Shown piece after piece: positions 38,770 to 51,399 of a stretch of DNA of 64,000 bases. The translations under genes were made by a program, and so were the position numbers. The notes under the pieces are model-generated. The model searched no databases and was not told the origin of the DNA. It saw only the letters and a list, made by a program, of their open reading frames with translations. The stretch's first letter is position 1. Every line of letters begins with the position of its first letter. Location: positions 24,120,001 through 24,184,000 of the forward strand of contig NC_045697.1 in NCBI RefSeq assembly GCF_009834535.1, in the 5' to 3' direction. Source of the stretch: Camelus ferus (taxonomy: Eukaryota).

Positions 38770-39985
38770 TCATGTATTCACTCATTATTTATTCCCCATA
38801 TGTGTTAAACAAACATGTATGTCAGATACTGCTGGGTTCTGGAGTTAGAGCAGTGACCAAGAGAAAAAGGGCCCTGATTTAAGTGGCTAAAACATTATAT
38901 TGTATATTGTATATTGTATTATTGTTTGCACTTTTTTATTCTCTTCCTTTTAAGACAGTTATATATTACTACTTATTGCAATGTGACTTATCTACGTCTC
39001 CTATGGGAAGAATGTATGTGTGTATATGTGTGTGTATGTGTGTGTGTGTGTGTGTGTGTGTATTCATCTTCTTTGACTTTGGCCATATGACTTCTGACTC
39101 CTTCTGGACAATAGGTTGTACTTGAACCATATGCACCATGTCCAAGCAGAAACTTAAATGATGTCACAAGTCTCCCCTTCAAGGATTCATATATCTGTGT
39201 AAGTAGTATGATTTTAACTTGAGGCCCAGAATGAAATAACTTGTGAAACAGAGCTATAGCCTAGCCACAAACTGGCGTAAAACCTAAGCCTGGAGCATAA
39301 CTGCAACACCGAGCAGCATACTTGTTATGTGATGGAGAACTAAATCTTTGTTGTTAAGTCATTGTGACTTGGGATTATATGTTACCACAGCAAAGCTGAC
39401 AAATATAGATAATAAATATACAAATAATAACTCCTCAGAAAGTACTAAATTTTATGCAAACAATTAAAATGACAAAATTGGCATAAAGGTATATGAATGA
39501 TATTTTAGATTTGTTGATTAGGAAATGCCTCTCTGAAGAGGTGACATTTAAGCTGAGACTGCCTTATAGGAAGTCATCAGTTAAAGACAGAAAGAAAAAA
39601 AAAAAAAGGAAAAGCCATTACAAATGTCCTTGAACAAGAAAGAGTGCAATATAAATGAGTATGTTGAAATTCAAGGACACCAAGAAGGCCAGTGTGGCCT
39701 TCAGAGCAAAATGGGTAAGGAAGAATATGACAAGACATAGCTCGTGGAGGTAGGCAGACACCAGTTCGTGTAGGGCTTCATAAATTTAGTTCAACAGTTT
39801 GAATTCTATGAGAAATAATTGGAAAGGTCAAAGCAAAAGAGACATGTGACCTTATTTACATTTTTAATAGATGACTCTGACTGCTATTTTGACAACTGGT
39901 TTTAAGAGGGCAAAGTAGAAGCTGGGACATATTTGATACTTTGAATTAGTCCAGAGAAGGTGTGGTGATGACTGGATTGGAATTA
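38770..39985 (-). mobile_element. L2 element split by an MLT1 insertion
   Basis: L2 tail ATTCACTCATTATTTATTC...TGTCAGATACTGCTGGGTTCTGGAG; resumes TTAGGAAATGCCTCTCTGAAGAGGTGACATTTAAGCTGAGAC. Confidence 0.7.
38960..39407 (+). mobile_element. MaLR LTR (MLT1I-like) containing (TG)n at about 39015-39062
   Basis: TTGGCCATATGACTT, CCCAGAATGA..GAAACAGAGC; ends CTTTGTTGTTAAGTCATTGTGACTTGGGATTATATGTTACCACAGCAAAGCTGACAAATATA. Confidence 0.65.
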
Positions 39986-40604
39986 TGAATAATTTAAATT
40001 TATTTATTGCATATTCAAGTAGATATGTTCTCCAGAGTTCTGGACCCATTATTCTTTTGTCTTAGTGGAGGTAATCCCAGGGAAGCTTTTAAAGAAGTGG
40101 TTTAGTCTGCTTCATTTAGAGTTGTCAATTTAGTTCTTGGGGCAACTTTTGTCTTCATAAAACAAAGTTAGATGCTCCAGTTATGGGGCAAAATTATTTT
40201 ATACTACTTTTTTTCTTTTCATGACTGTGAAATAGCATTTCCATCAGTGCTGCTGCCACTAGCACGTGTTGTTACTGCTTGCTTTTCATCCCATCGTGAA
40301 GCATGGTGATCTACTTCAACATTCCCCTTAGAACAAAATAGAAAAAAAATGTTTTTATGCAAATTTAATTTCTTTTGTATTTCAGAATAAATATTGTCAG
40401 ATTTAAAAATCAGATTAAAAAATATCAAACTGACTGGCAAGCTTGGTTTTCTTTAAATAGATGTTCTTCTGAGAGCTTATTGTTCAAGTAAAACTAAGTA
40501 ACTTCTGATTTTCTCATTTGTCTAAAGACTTAATGGCAAAAATGGAAAAGAAGGCAGTAGGCACATGGGATCAAGTCATCTGATACATTTTCAAGTTTCT
40601 ATGT

Positions 40605-40971
40605 TGCTGTGGGTTGAATTGTGTTCCCCTAAAATGCATGTTGAAGGCCTAACCCTCAATTTCAGTGTACTTGGAGACAGGACCTGGGATGAGGTGATAA
40701 AAAGTAAATGAGGTCGTAAGGATGCAGCCCTAACTTGATAGGGCTGGTGCCCTTACTGGAAGGGGAAGAGATACTGGAGCTCTTTCTCTGTACCATGTGG
40801 AGATGGCAGAGAAGGCAGTCATCTACAAGCCAGAGACCTTACTGCACACTGAATTTGCCAGCACCTACATCTTGGGCTTCCCAGTCTCCAGAACTGTGAG
40901 AAATAAATTTTGGTTGTTTAAGCCACCCAATCTATGCTACTTTGTTATGGCAGTCTGAGCTGTCTAATACA
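40605..40971 (+). mobile_element. MaLR solo LTR, MLT1A-like
   Basis: TGCTGTGGGTTGAATTGTGTTCCCC...CTCCAGAACTGTGAGAAATAAA...TTTGTTATGGCAG...CTAATACA; TSD TATGT/CATGT. Confidence 0.9.
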
Positions 40972-41993
40972 CATGTGTTCTCAACAATTAACTGTTTTAA
41001 TCAACTTTCCATTTTACTGGGAAACATGATAATCATCATAGCTGTTTCTTTAATCTCTTAAAAAATAGGCAATTGAAGGCTCTGACAAATTCAGTTACCT
41101 ATGTTTTTATTGTTTAGCATGTTTTACTTATGTCTCTAAGGTGTTTATAATAATTTTAAAGATACTGAATGAGTTTTAATATTAAATTATTTTGAATTTT
41201 TCTGTCAAAGCATATTTTGGAATTTGACAGTAATTTTTCCTTCTTTGTGCTCTTTACGTGACAGGTATTTTTCAATTAACTCTTCTACTAATTTTGTAAT
41301 GTTAACTCAGCATTTAATGAATACTAATTGATTTTTTCTGTAAGGTTTTTAAAGTCAGACAGCTTAGCTTATAGATGCTTTTAAGGTTGTATTTCTTTAA
41401 ATTATAGATTACTGAAGCACTATTCCTGAGCATAACATTTTCTTAATGTCTCTATTATAATCTTTTATTAAGTACTCTTTTCCCTGAATTATCGTCATCC
41501 TTCTGAACATCTTTCTTATGCTCTAAACTATAAATTTTCTAATAGTAACAAACACTAGTTTATTTTTTATATTTCCTATCTTTGTTGCCAAAAATCTAAC
41601 AAACACTTTGTACAATACTTTCTATAAAAACAAGAAAGCCTCCAAATTTTATTTTTCTGATCAATGTTAATATTTTTCTTTTGATACCATTATTTTGCTC
41701 ATAAACCAAAAATATAGCATTAATTTAACATAAAAGCTTCAAAAACTACAGGAGATAGACTATTTGAGATGACTCACTAAGCATATGAAGCTTAGGCCTT
41801 ATTTATAAAGGCACACAGTGATTAACTTATTAATACAGCTTTTTTTTCTAAATGTTTAAAAAACCCATCCACTCCATTTCCACAGAATGGCTTATACAAG
41901 AACCAGACGAATTAAGTAGAATTTCTCAAATCATTTGATACATGATATTTCTTTCATGATTCCATGCTGCTTCAAAAACATCTATTGAAAGCA

Positions 41994-42190
41994 TCATAGA
42001 CTCATGAGGTCGCAAGAACTAAGTGAGTTGATACATGTAATTAACTTAGAACAGTGCCTCAAACACAGTAAATGCATATTGATAGCAAAAATTATCTCTG
42101 CCACACAGATCTTAACAATTACTGTTTCTACTACTGTATTGAGAAGAGCACCAAGTACATGGCAGGTTGTCAATAAATTCTGTTGAATTG
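41994..42190 (+). mobile_element. MIR 3' end followed by an L2 tail
   Basis: AAGTGAGTTGATACATGTAATTAACTTAGAACAGTGCCTCAAACACAGTAAATGC; GTACATGGCAGGTTGTCAATAAATTCTGTTGAATTGA. Confidence 0.7.
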
Positions 42191-42659
42191 ACTCCTTACC
42201 CTTTATTACAGAAGGCAGTTTCATCTTTGGTTTTATTTTATAAGTTAGAAATATTAGAAATACATGAGGAATTACTTTCAGGTTTGGCTTCTGTCTACCT
42301 GGTTTAAAGACAACCTCGCAAATTCATTTAATTTTCCATTGGAAAAATTCATATGAAAGCAATTTTATTAGGTACCTTCTCATCCAAGGCATAAGTTGAC
42401 TTAACAGAATAAATCCCAAAATCTGAAATTGAACCCAAAGAACTCCTGAGCACATCATTCAGCATATTCTCTCAAAGTAAAGGATAAGAAATACGGGCAG
42501 AACAAGTTAAGCAAGAAATTTGAGCCTGAACATCCTGATAAGACAAAGTTTCTCCTTTAAAGCCCTCATATTTCCATATCACTTTGGCTGCCCTGCTTCT
42601 TTCAGGTATAAGTACATCTAATTTATAATTAACAATAAACATTGGAGATATGAAAGTCC

Positions 42660-42805
42660 TTAATATTCTATAATTCAACCATTTCATTTTTTTAGACAAA
42701 TGAGCTGATATTAAAAGATTTGACCTTTTTCACTCAGAGTTAATATTCTAGCAGAAATAGGACTAGAATACAAAACTCCTGGTTCCTGGATGAGGGCTCT
42801 TTCCT
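42660..42805 (-). mobile_element. MIR fragment
   Basis: TTCAACCATTTCATTTTTTTAGACAAATGAGCTGA...GGACTAGAATACAAAACTCCTGGTTCC. Confidence 0.6.
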
Positions 42806-44952
42806 TAAGAGTATGTTGACTTATTAGTACTGCCAGGTCAGCAGTTACTGGGAGGAGCTTGATTTCATGATGTAACACTGAGATTAACTGGTTACATTAG
42901 TTAAGCAGAACATGTGATCAGGTACCCAGACATTCTCTAAGCCTAAATCTCCTTTCTCTGGTGCAGAACATTCTAATTATTTCCTCCTGCACATTTTATT
43001 TCCTACCAGATATGTTTCTGGTGCATAGATGTTGCTTTAAAATGTTTCCTGAGTAAATAAATGATGAGGATAGTTGACCTTGTTGCATCAGATTTTATGG
43101 AGAGGTTCTGAGAACATGCAGGACACATGGCACACTAATAAAAACTTTTTTCATTTGTGTGATTTCCTTGCTTGGTATTGACAGTACCGCAACCTCCAGA
43201 AGGAGGACTGTCCTTGAATTTAAAAAAACATACATGTTCAGCAGATGTTCCTACATGTGTGTGCACTTTTAAAGCAGGCCTTCAAGCATGCATGTTTTCA
43301 TCTGGGCTCTGCATTTTCTAGGCCCTAACAGTATCATCTTTTCCCTACATCTTCCCTGACTTACTGGGAAAAATGAAGCAGCTGCACCAGAGAATCTTTG
43401 GTCCCTTCTAGCTGTTGCATTCCCTGTGATTCTCATATGCTATGCTTCTAATTAAACTCCTTGATGCTAATTAAAAATGAGAATAGAACGAATGCCACTA
43501 GCTGAATCGAGACTCTCTTTTCCATGAAACTTAGTAAACTCTTCAGGACTGGGCTTTTGGATTTTACTCCTAATTAAGATTCTGCTGGCACTCACACCCT
43601 GTCATGTGTACTTTATCATCAGTTCCATAAAAATAATTCCAGATAGTGAATCAGAAAATACCTGTCTTCTCTAAAGTACTGAAATCAGAAGAATTTTTTT
43701 TTTTCTGCAGTGCTGCGGCATCCTAATCTGTGGTTTGGCAGATTGCGTGATGCGGTGTGTAATTTGGCATGCTAAGTCTATCAGCCTGTGGTCACCCTTA
43801 AGCATTTTATTTCTGCAGAAACAATGATGATGGCAAGGACAACATGTGGTGACCCACAGAAACATAATCATGTTAACTCCTGACTCTGCAAAAACTTAAC
43901 ACGTGGCAATGTGATTAGCATTTTCTGAGGATCCAGCATCTATTAGACAGACCTTTGTTTGACTGTGTTACAATGATTCTGGTTGGTTGGTTCTTTCTTC
44001 CATTAAATTTACCAAAGAAATGCACTGTAGCAGTGTGAAATTGGAGGTCTGTCAACCGATCAGCATCACCTCTGTGCTTCATGCACTAATAATTTCAACT
44101 CATATATTTGCTAGTTTTTCTCTTCTCTCTTGCAATTAGAAGATCAGTTTTTGCTTACTATTTTATATCAGCTCTCTATGACATTTTATTTAATTTCAAA
44201 TGAGGTAAGATATATTAAGGCAAACTTACAAGGCTTATTTTGTGGCAAGAATGATGTATGTAGTAGAAATAGAGATGTGTAAATGTGAATATCTTGAATA
44301 AGGAAACATTAGGTGATCATTTCTTCTTTATTTTGAAAAATGAACAATATTTTAAAGTGGCTCAAACTTAGGTTTATAAAAAATATGAGCCTATATTTGA
44401 AGAACAAAATGTAACATTATTATTCCCTCCATTTTGTTTTTAAAAAAAGGGGGCATATGATCCCCTCCTTTGAGGGGAAGAATATCTGTACAATCAAAGA
44501 TCAGCTATTAATTTAAGACCTTTAAGTAAAAGACAAAATAAGTATACTTCATAACGTGTGTGTTACCACTTCTTACTGGGGACATGATTATCTATTTTCT
44601 TCTCCCTCCATGGTGATATATATATAGCAAAATCTTAGAAGTGAGGCATCTTCAAAGTGTTTTTCTCCATATATTCTTCCAGTGAGAAAACTGAAAACTG
44701 AACAGATCACTTGAAATAATTTTTATTTCTTGAGCTCATCTTTGTCCAATCCACAAAGGGACAGGTGAACTTGGTCAAAACTATAGTGAGAATACCAGGT
44801 ATTTTTTTTTTTAACACGATAGGCAGAAAGAGGACTTCTTAATCTGAATCTCTGGTCTGTGATGGTAAAGTGATGGAACCCAAGTCCCCACAAACTTGTT
44901 TGTGTGGAAGATTTTGACCTTCAGAACTCACTGCCTAAATTGCAATTAATTT

Positions 44953-45449
44953 TCCTTTATATTAGCTTGGTTTCTTTTTGTGTTTTTGACTCTATTGTAT
45001 GCTTTTGATTTGTGGTTGCCCTGTTTTTCAGGTATGTTAACCCATTACTATATCTGCTTGCTTTAGATGGGTAGTCATGTAGGCTCAAACACATCATGAA
45101 AAGAATGAAGAAAAAGAAAGAGAAAAAAAATCTGTATTCTCTCACTCCCCTCTCCCATCTTTTATGAATCTGATGTCCTTTCTTTTTTTAACATCTTCAT
45201 GTTTATTCTCTTGCAACCCATTGTCATTATTGCATTTCCAGTTATGGTTTGTTCATTTCTATAGCTTCCTACTTCTTTTCTATTTAGAGTAGATCTTTCA
45301 ATATTTCTTTTAGGATGGTTTAGTATTGCTGAATTCTTTTACTTTTTTGCTTGTCTGTGAAATTCGTTCTGTCTCCTATTCTAAATGATAATCTTGCCGA
45401 ACAGAGTATCCTAGGTTGCAGGTTTTCCTCATTCAGGACTTCGAATGTA
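44953..45449 (-). mobile_element. Inverted 5' segment of an L1 insertion: ORF1 C-terminus plus inter-ORF spacer
   Basis: Minus strand from about 45446 reads FEVLNEENLQPRILCSARLSFRIGDRTNFTDKQKVKEFSNTKP (ORF1p C-terminal domain). Confidence 0.85.
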
Positions 45450-46148
45450 GTTTGGTGCAGCTGTTAGGGAAAACACTATGAAGACTCTTCAAAAGACTCA
45501 AAATACTTACCATATGATCCAGCAATCCCACTCCTGGGCATATATCCAGAGGGAATTCTAATTAGAAAAGATACATGCATCCCAATGTTCATAGCAGCAC
45601 TATTTACAATAGCCAAGACATGGAAACAACCTAAATGTCCATTGACAGATGACTGGATAAAGAAGTTTGGGTATATTTATACAATGGAATGCTACTCAGC
45701 CATAAAAATGAATGAAGTAATGCCATTTGCAGCAACATGGATGGACCTGGAGAATGTGAAATGAAGTAAGCCAGAAAGAGAAAGAAAAATGCCATTTGAT
45801 ATCACTTATATGTGGAACCTTAAAAAAAAAAAAAAAGACACACATGAACTTATTTACAAAACAGAAACAGATTCACAGACATAGAAAACATATGGTTACC
45901 AGAGGGGGAAGAGGGTGGGAAAGGATAAATTGGGAATTTGAGGTTTGCAGATGCTAACTACTATATGTAAAATAGGTAAACAATAACTTTAAACTGTATA
46001 TCACAGGGAACTATATTCAGTATCTTACAGTAATTCGTGGTGAAAAAGAATATGAAAATGAATATATGTATATATATGTATGACTGAACTAGTAGGCTGT
46101 ACACTAGCAATTGGCACAACATCATAAACTGACTATACTTCAATTAAA
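45443..46148 (+). mobile_element. Sense 3' segment of the same L1: ORF2 C-terminus, 3'UTR and A tail
   Basis: CCATATGATCCAGCAATCCCACTCCTGGGCATATATCCA ([13 protein letters not shown]); 16-bp TSD AAATTGCAATT(A/C)ATTT at 44937-44952 and 46149-46164. Confidence 0.9.
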
Positions 46149-46899
46149 AAATTGCAATTCATTTGTATATTTTACATAGAAATATATATTTTCACAATAA
46201 ATATATATCCTAATAACCATTTGTAAACAATTATCCATAAATAAATATGTGGTTAAGTACTGTATAAAATAGAGGCCATAAAAACTTTTAGGTTAAATGG
46301 TCAAAGTCTACCAACTATAAGAAGAGTTTAAGGAGATGCATTTTAATTTCTATTCCCAGTCTACTTTAGTGTTACGGGTCTGTGCTCATTCTTCAATATA
46401 TTTGATGCCTATTGAGACATTCTGCAAAGGGAATAATATCCTTTCACAAAGCTAGAGTGTGAGCACAATCATATTAGTAGCAATTTTGGCCACAGACCCA
46501 GGGTATGAAAACTTGAAGTTGTCCTCAAAAGCCTAAGATCTAAGACATGGGTCTCATCTAACGTCTATTAATTTTAGTGTTGACTTTTTATTTCTGCATC
46601 ATAGTAGACACTGTGATGGAAGGTTAAAACTAGTTACGGGTTCTTAAGTCTTAATGAGAATCCCTAGTTGCTTAAAAGCCTCTGGCCAGGTAAATGTCTT
46701 AGCAGGAGATTTAGACTGAGAGCCACACGGTTGTCAAAAACTTCCTGTTTCATTTCCTTGTCCTCTTATATCAAGTAAGCCATTATTCATTTTGCCTTTT
46801 CTTATTATAGTATCTCAGTAGGGAACTTCGGGAAGTGTATATCCGAGAGTCAGAAGCTTAGGCTTATCTCCTAATTATCTATGGAAAATTAAGTGTTGG

Positions 46900-47280
46900 C
46901 TTTTACATTCTGTCTCTAGTGTTAACTAAGCATAACCAAGGATAGGCTCCCACTGAAGGCATTACGTGTTTAGAGACCACTGAAAAGGCAGGGGTTCTTT
47001 AGCGATTATTCCGGATGACTACGGTGCTTAGGAACCCCAGAGGAATGGCTGAGAGAGCAAGCCCAGGGATGGCAGTAAAAGGTGGTATAAAGGTCCAGAG
47101 TCAGGGCCACGTCCTGGGAAGATTCTTGTTCTGACAGTCTCTTCTGCAGCTGCTCTCACCTAAACCAGCTTCTTTACCTCCCTGTAGTCTTCCAGATGTT
47201 CTTTCAATAAATTCCTTTTTTGCTGACCTTAGTCAGTCAAGTATTCCTTTGGTTGGCAATTAAGAATCCTGATGAGTAGA
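46900..47280 (+). mobile_element. Ancient ERVL/MaLR-like LTR
   Basis: TATAAA at 47086-47091, AATAAA at 47206-47211 followed by TTCCTTTTTTGCTGA and GGTTGGCAATTAAGAATCCTGA, a typical LTR 3' end. Confidence 0.55.
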
Positions 47281-47499
47281 GTTCAACAGAAGAGAACCTA
47301 TGGAAACTTCTTTATGAAATTCTCTAGAGTAAGTTTGTTGCAGCCTGAAATGTGATGGTGAAAAGAGGTGTTGCTCAGCAGAGAGTAAGCAAAGTGTCAA
47401 AAAATAAGAGGCGTACATAATTAGCAAAAGGGCTACTTGTTACATCTGTGAATTCACAAGAAGACTTAGATTATTCGGTGCCTTCTGTGTGCCAGTGAG

Positions 47500-47670
47500 A
47501 GTTCCTCCTGGAAACACTGATGACTTTGGTTAATATCCAATTTGAGATCTGTCTCTGTAACCTGGGGAACACACTAACTGATAGTGAGGATGATTCTAAA
47601 GCTAGCTCACCAACTTCATAGGGATTAGTATAGATAATAAACGTTCTAAACTGTAAAGATTTCTGCAGGC
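47500..47670 (+). mobile_element. MIR fragment
   Basis: TGATGACTTTGGTTAA...TCTGTAACCTGGGGA...ACTTCATAGGGATT. Confidence 0.45.
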
Positions 47671-49849
47671 ATATGACTTATTTTTATTTTTGCTAATTTA
47701 GCATTTTTGGTTTTATTATATAAGACGGAAGAAGGCAGGATGTCCACTCTGAAGAAGCCTGAGTACAGAGCTAACCCCTTAGACAGCCATGGTACATGGA
47801 AAATGAAATACAAAAAACAAACCTCAAAGTATAATGGGAACTCATAGGCACAGAAGATTCACAGTCAGACATCTGGTCGAGGTCTTAGAGAATGGCAGAA
47901 CTTGGACCTTTTGAGTTTGGGAGTGAAGATTGTATGTGCTCTGCCCGTGGTTTCCTGTGTGTATGTGCTTTTAGTCAGCATGCAACTATCACATTTCTCC
48001 AGTGCAGTCTGGTAGGTCAGATACACTGGATTCTAAAACCGTTAATGGTTTATTTGCCATCTCTTTCCTTCAAAATTTTTCGGATAAAGTGATTCTGGAT
48101 GATTGAAGTGGTACCAGATTTCAAGCCTGCTATAAAATATATGGTTCACTTAATATAAAATAATTCAAAATAATTAACAAATGCTTTGTTTTTATAATAA
48201 GCAAACATAAGTTTTGCCCTATCCATTGTAAAATAAATGTCTAAACATTAAGTGAAAAACCAAATAAGGCATCAGTAGAAGGAAATGAGTTATGTTGTTC
48301 TTATAATAAGGGTCCTAAAGTCAATAGCTTATTAAAATTCTCAGGAAGCTTGATTTAAAAATATATATATCAAAATTCTTTTTTTTTTTTTTTAAAGATT
48401 CGTTTGGTCTATTTATCAGTGCTTTGAGGTCCTTGTTCTGCAGCGACATCTTATGGAGCTGGTTAGTGTGCACAACCATTTAATAATGTCTGGCAGCAGT
48501 GATCATTGTTCTAACAGATTTGATGCAAATGGGATCCCTGCTTGTGCTTTGAATGTGGAAGTAATTAAACTGATGCTATGAAGACTTTTTTTTTTCCTTC
48601 TCTGTTGTTGCTTATCTAAAATTTCCTTATCATGACAACTGTATGACTTTTAAAGCACCCTAAAATATGTATTGAGATCTGAAATTCTCACTGCATATTT
48701 CCAAGGCAGGATAGAAAGGGAGAAAGAAGCTGCTGAATAGTAGGAGTCAACAGTGAAAGATCACAGTACAGCTGGTATTTGTTGGCAAGAGTTTTCACTT
48801 AAAAATTTTCAGCAGTGCAAATGCCTTTATTATTATTGGCACTTTTTACTGATTGTGATCACCGGGGTGGGGGAAAGAAAAGAGAAAAGGGAATTGAAGG
48901 ATTTGAAACTCAGAGAAATAAACTGTGAAATTCCCTTCATTACATAAATTTAGCCATTTCTTCTTCTAAATGTGTTCTTTTGACAGAATAACACACTATA
49001 TTAAACTATAGAAGAGGAAAATTGATTCTGGTTTCATATTTTTATGATTGGATTTACATTCCCAAAAAGAGACCTAGATTTGTAATCCAGATTATAACAT
49101 CTTTACACAGTCTGCTAGAGGAAAAATAATTAATCAATGACTTCTAAATCATCTCTGAATTAATCACCTTTTACATTTTGTTTCATATTTACTATCAGGT
49201 ATGCTACGAAAATTCACTTAGAGTCAGAAGCCTTGCACATAGTAAAATTTTACTCAATGTTGTTTAATATGTTAAAAAAAAAAAAAAACTCAAGGATCAA
49301 TATAGGAGTAAACTCCCACAGAGAAATTTCCATTTGGCTACACAAATTAAGTCCATAATGAAGAGGGAAAATTATCAAATATGTGACACTGAAAATTCTA
49401 TTAAATCTTAATCAGTGAATGATCACTAATTGTATCAAACACCGCATTCTACCTGAACAAGAGGAGGAAATCGCATTATGTACTTTAGAGTGCATGGTAG
49501 CTTTTCTATGCCATTATGATCTCTGGCAAGTAAAGATCATGGTGAATCTCTGTCTAGTAGCTTGTGATCTTGCTCACATATGAAAATTCCCAGTGTGCCT
49601 GGTTAATTATAATTATGATTGCACCTTAAGGACCCTGGACTGTCTTATGTGTACTGCAAACACCCTTTGAAAATAATTGGATTGTCAAGGACCATGTATC
49701 AGTGACAAGATAAATCTTAAGATTTTATCCTCCAGAGATCCTCTAGAGAATACAACTTGCATGCCTTTATTTGCCGGGCCTATCAATTAGAGGAAAAGCT
49801 GACCCTGTGACTTAAAATTGTGTGCTGCATCCTGAGAGACACAGATAAT

Positions 49850-50200
49850 GCACTCTTTTAGGTAATGAGTTGTGCCTCACACACAGCTGTGCCCAATCAG
49901 GTTTATTGCTTTTAAGTGATTATTGGAAGAATTGCTGGAAATAGAAAAGTTAAAAGTTGGATTGTGTTTGTTGGTGTTGGGGAATATGATGGCTTTGATT
50001 TAAGTTATGCGATCTTGAGGGAGCAATTACTCAACTGAATGGACAAATGTGGAAAGCAATTAGCAACATGGAACTGAATTTAAGGTGTATGTGTGCCATT
50101 TGTTGTATAGATTTGAGAATACTCCAAGAGGAGTGTCAGGTAAAGTGTACTGTGGTTAATTCTTGAAGGATACAATATAGAAAGAGATGACTACAGCACC
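49850..50200 (-). mobile_element. L2 fragment
   Basis: TTTGATTTAAGTTATGCGATCTTGAGG...GTATAGATTTGAGAAT purine-rich L2-like text. Confidence 0.45.
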
Positions 50201-51399
50201 GAGACCCCAAATAGTGGACTATGAGAGACATGGAGTATTTGCAGTTATCTATCTCCTTTGTACAATTACTGCACCACTAGTTAATTAGTTTGAGGATGAT
50301 CTTTCTCACACTTGAATTGCATTCAATATTTTACAAGAAAAACTCTTTCCAACCATGAAATGTGAGAGTAACTACTGGTAAGAATAGAAGTTCATAAATA
50401 CTTATGGGCAAAGTGGTATCTCAGTATACAGAAAATAAAGCACCTGGGTGGTAACTGATACCAAGATGAGCATATGATACCAAAAGGGCATATGTCTCCA
50501 ATATGATATCAGTATAAGCATACAGACCTTAAAGGTCTATAGATATTCACATGTGGAATTTTAAGATTAAAATGATTTATTCCACTTAAGTATATAATTA
50601 CAGATAACTAGGAGAATTTGAATACCTAGCCGTATAAAAATCATAAGGAAAAACAAGTTTACTTAAGAGGGCAGATAGGAAGTATGTAAAGGATATATGT
50701 ATCATTGCTTGAACAAAGACAAGGCTCTACCATTAGCTTCTTTCTGAGGGTATAGGTATAGGACATTTAGCTTTATTTAATTTTTTTGAGAAGTATTATA
50801 CGATTGAATCAAGTGGAGGAAAATGACATCTTTTTCTATGCCAAAAAAAACAAAAAAACAAAACAAATAGAAAGGCAACGGGAAGCAACACACATAAACT
50901 GATGGGTTCCAACATTCTGTTTCTAATTGGCTAATTTCATATTAGCAGTTTTACATCTTTTCTTCTGATGTGAATCATCATGGGGGAAGAAAACAAGGCA
51001 AATGATTTCCTGGCTGAGAAAAACATCTTTGCTTCATTACATAATTTTAATTTGCTCTGGTTTCTATTCTGAACACTGAGAACTCAATAGCAAAAATGTT
51101 GCTTTTTAACACATAACTATGTGCATTTACATAACTATGTACATTTAAAATGTTAAAAAGCTGACTTCCACCCCATCCCATTTGTCAGATCCTGCTTCCC
51201 CATGCCTTTCAAAGTTGAAGTCTGTGATGCCTGTCAGTGCAGATTAAGTCCTATCAGTTATTGAGATAAGTCTTTTCCAGGGAACATAATGTATCAGTAA
51301 GCCATGGTCTCGCCTCAGTAGAGCCTAGAGAAAGTCTTGCAGCCAGAGTCATAGTACTTAATTATGTAGGACTAACTACGAGTACCTGTGAAGTGTCTG

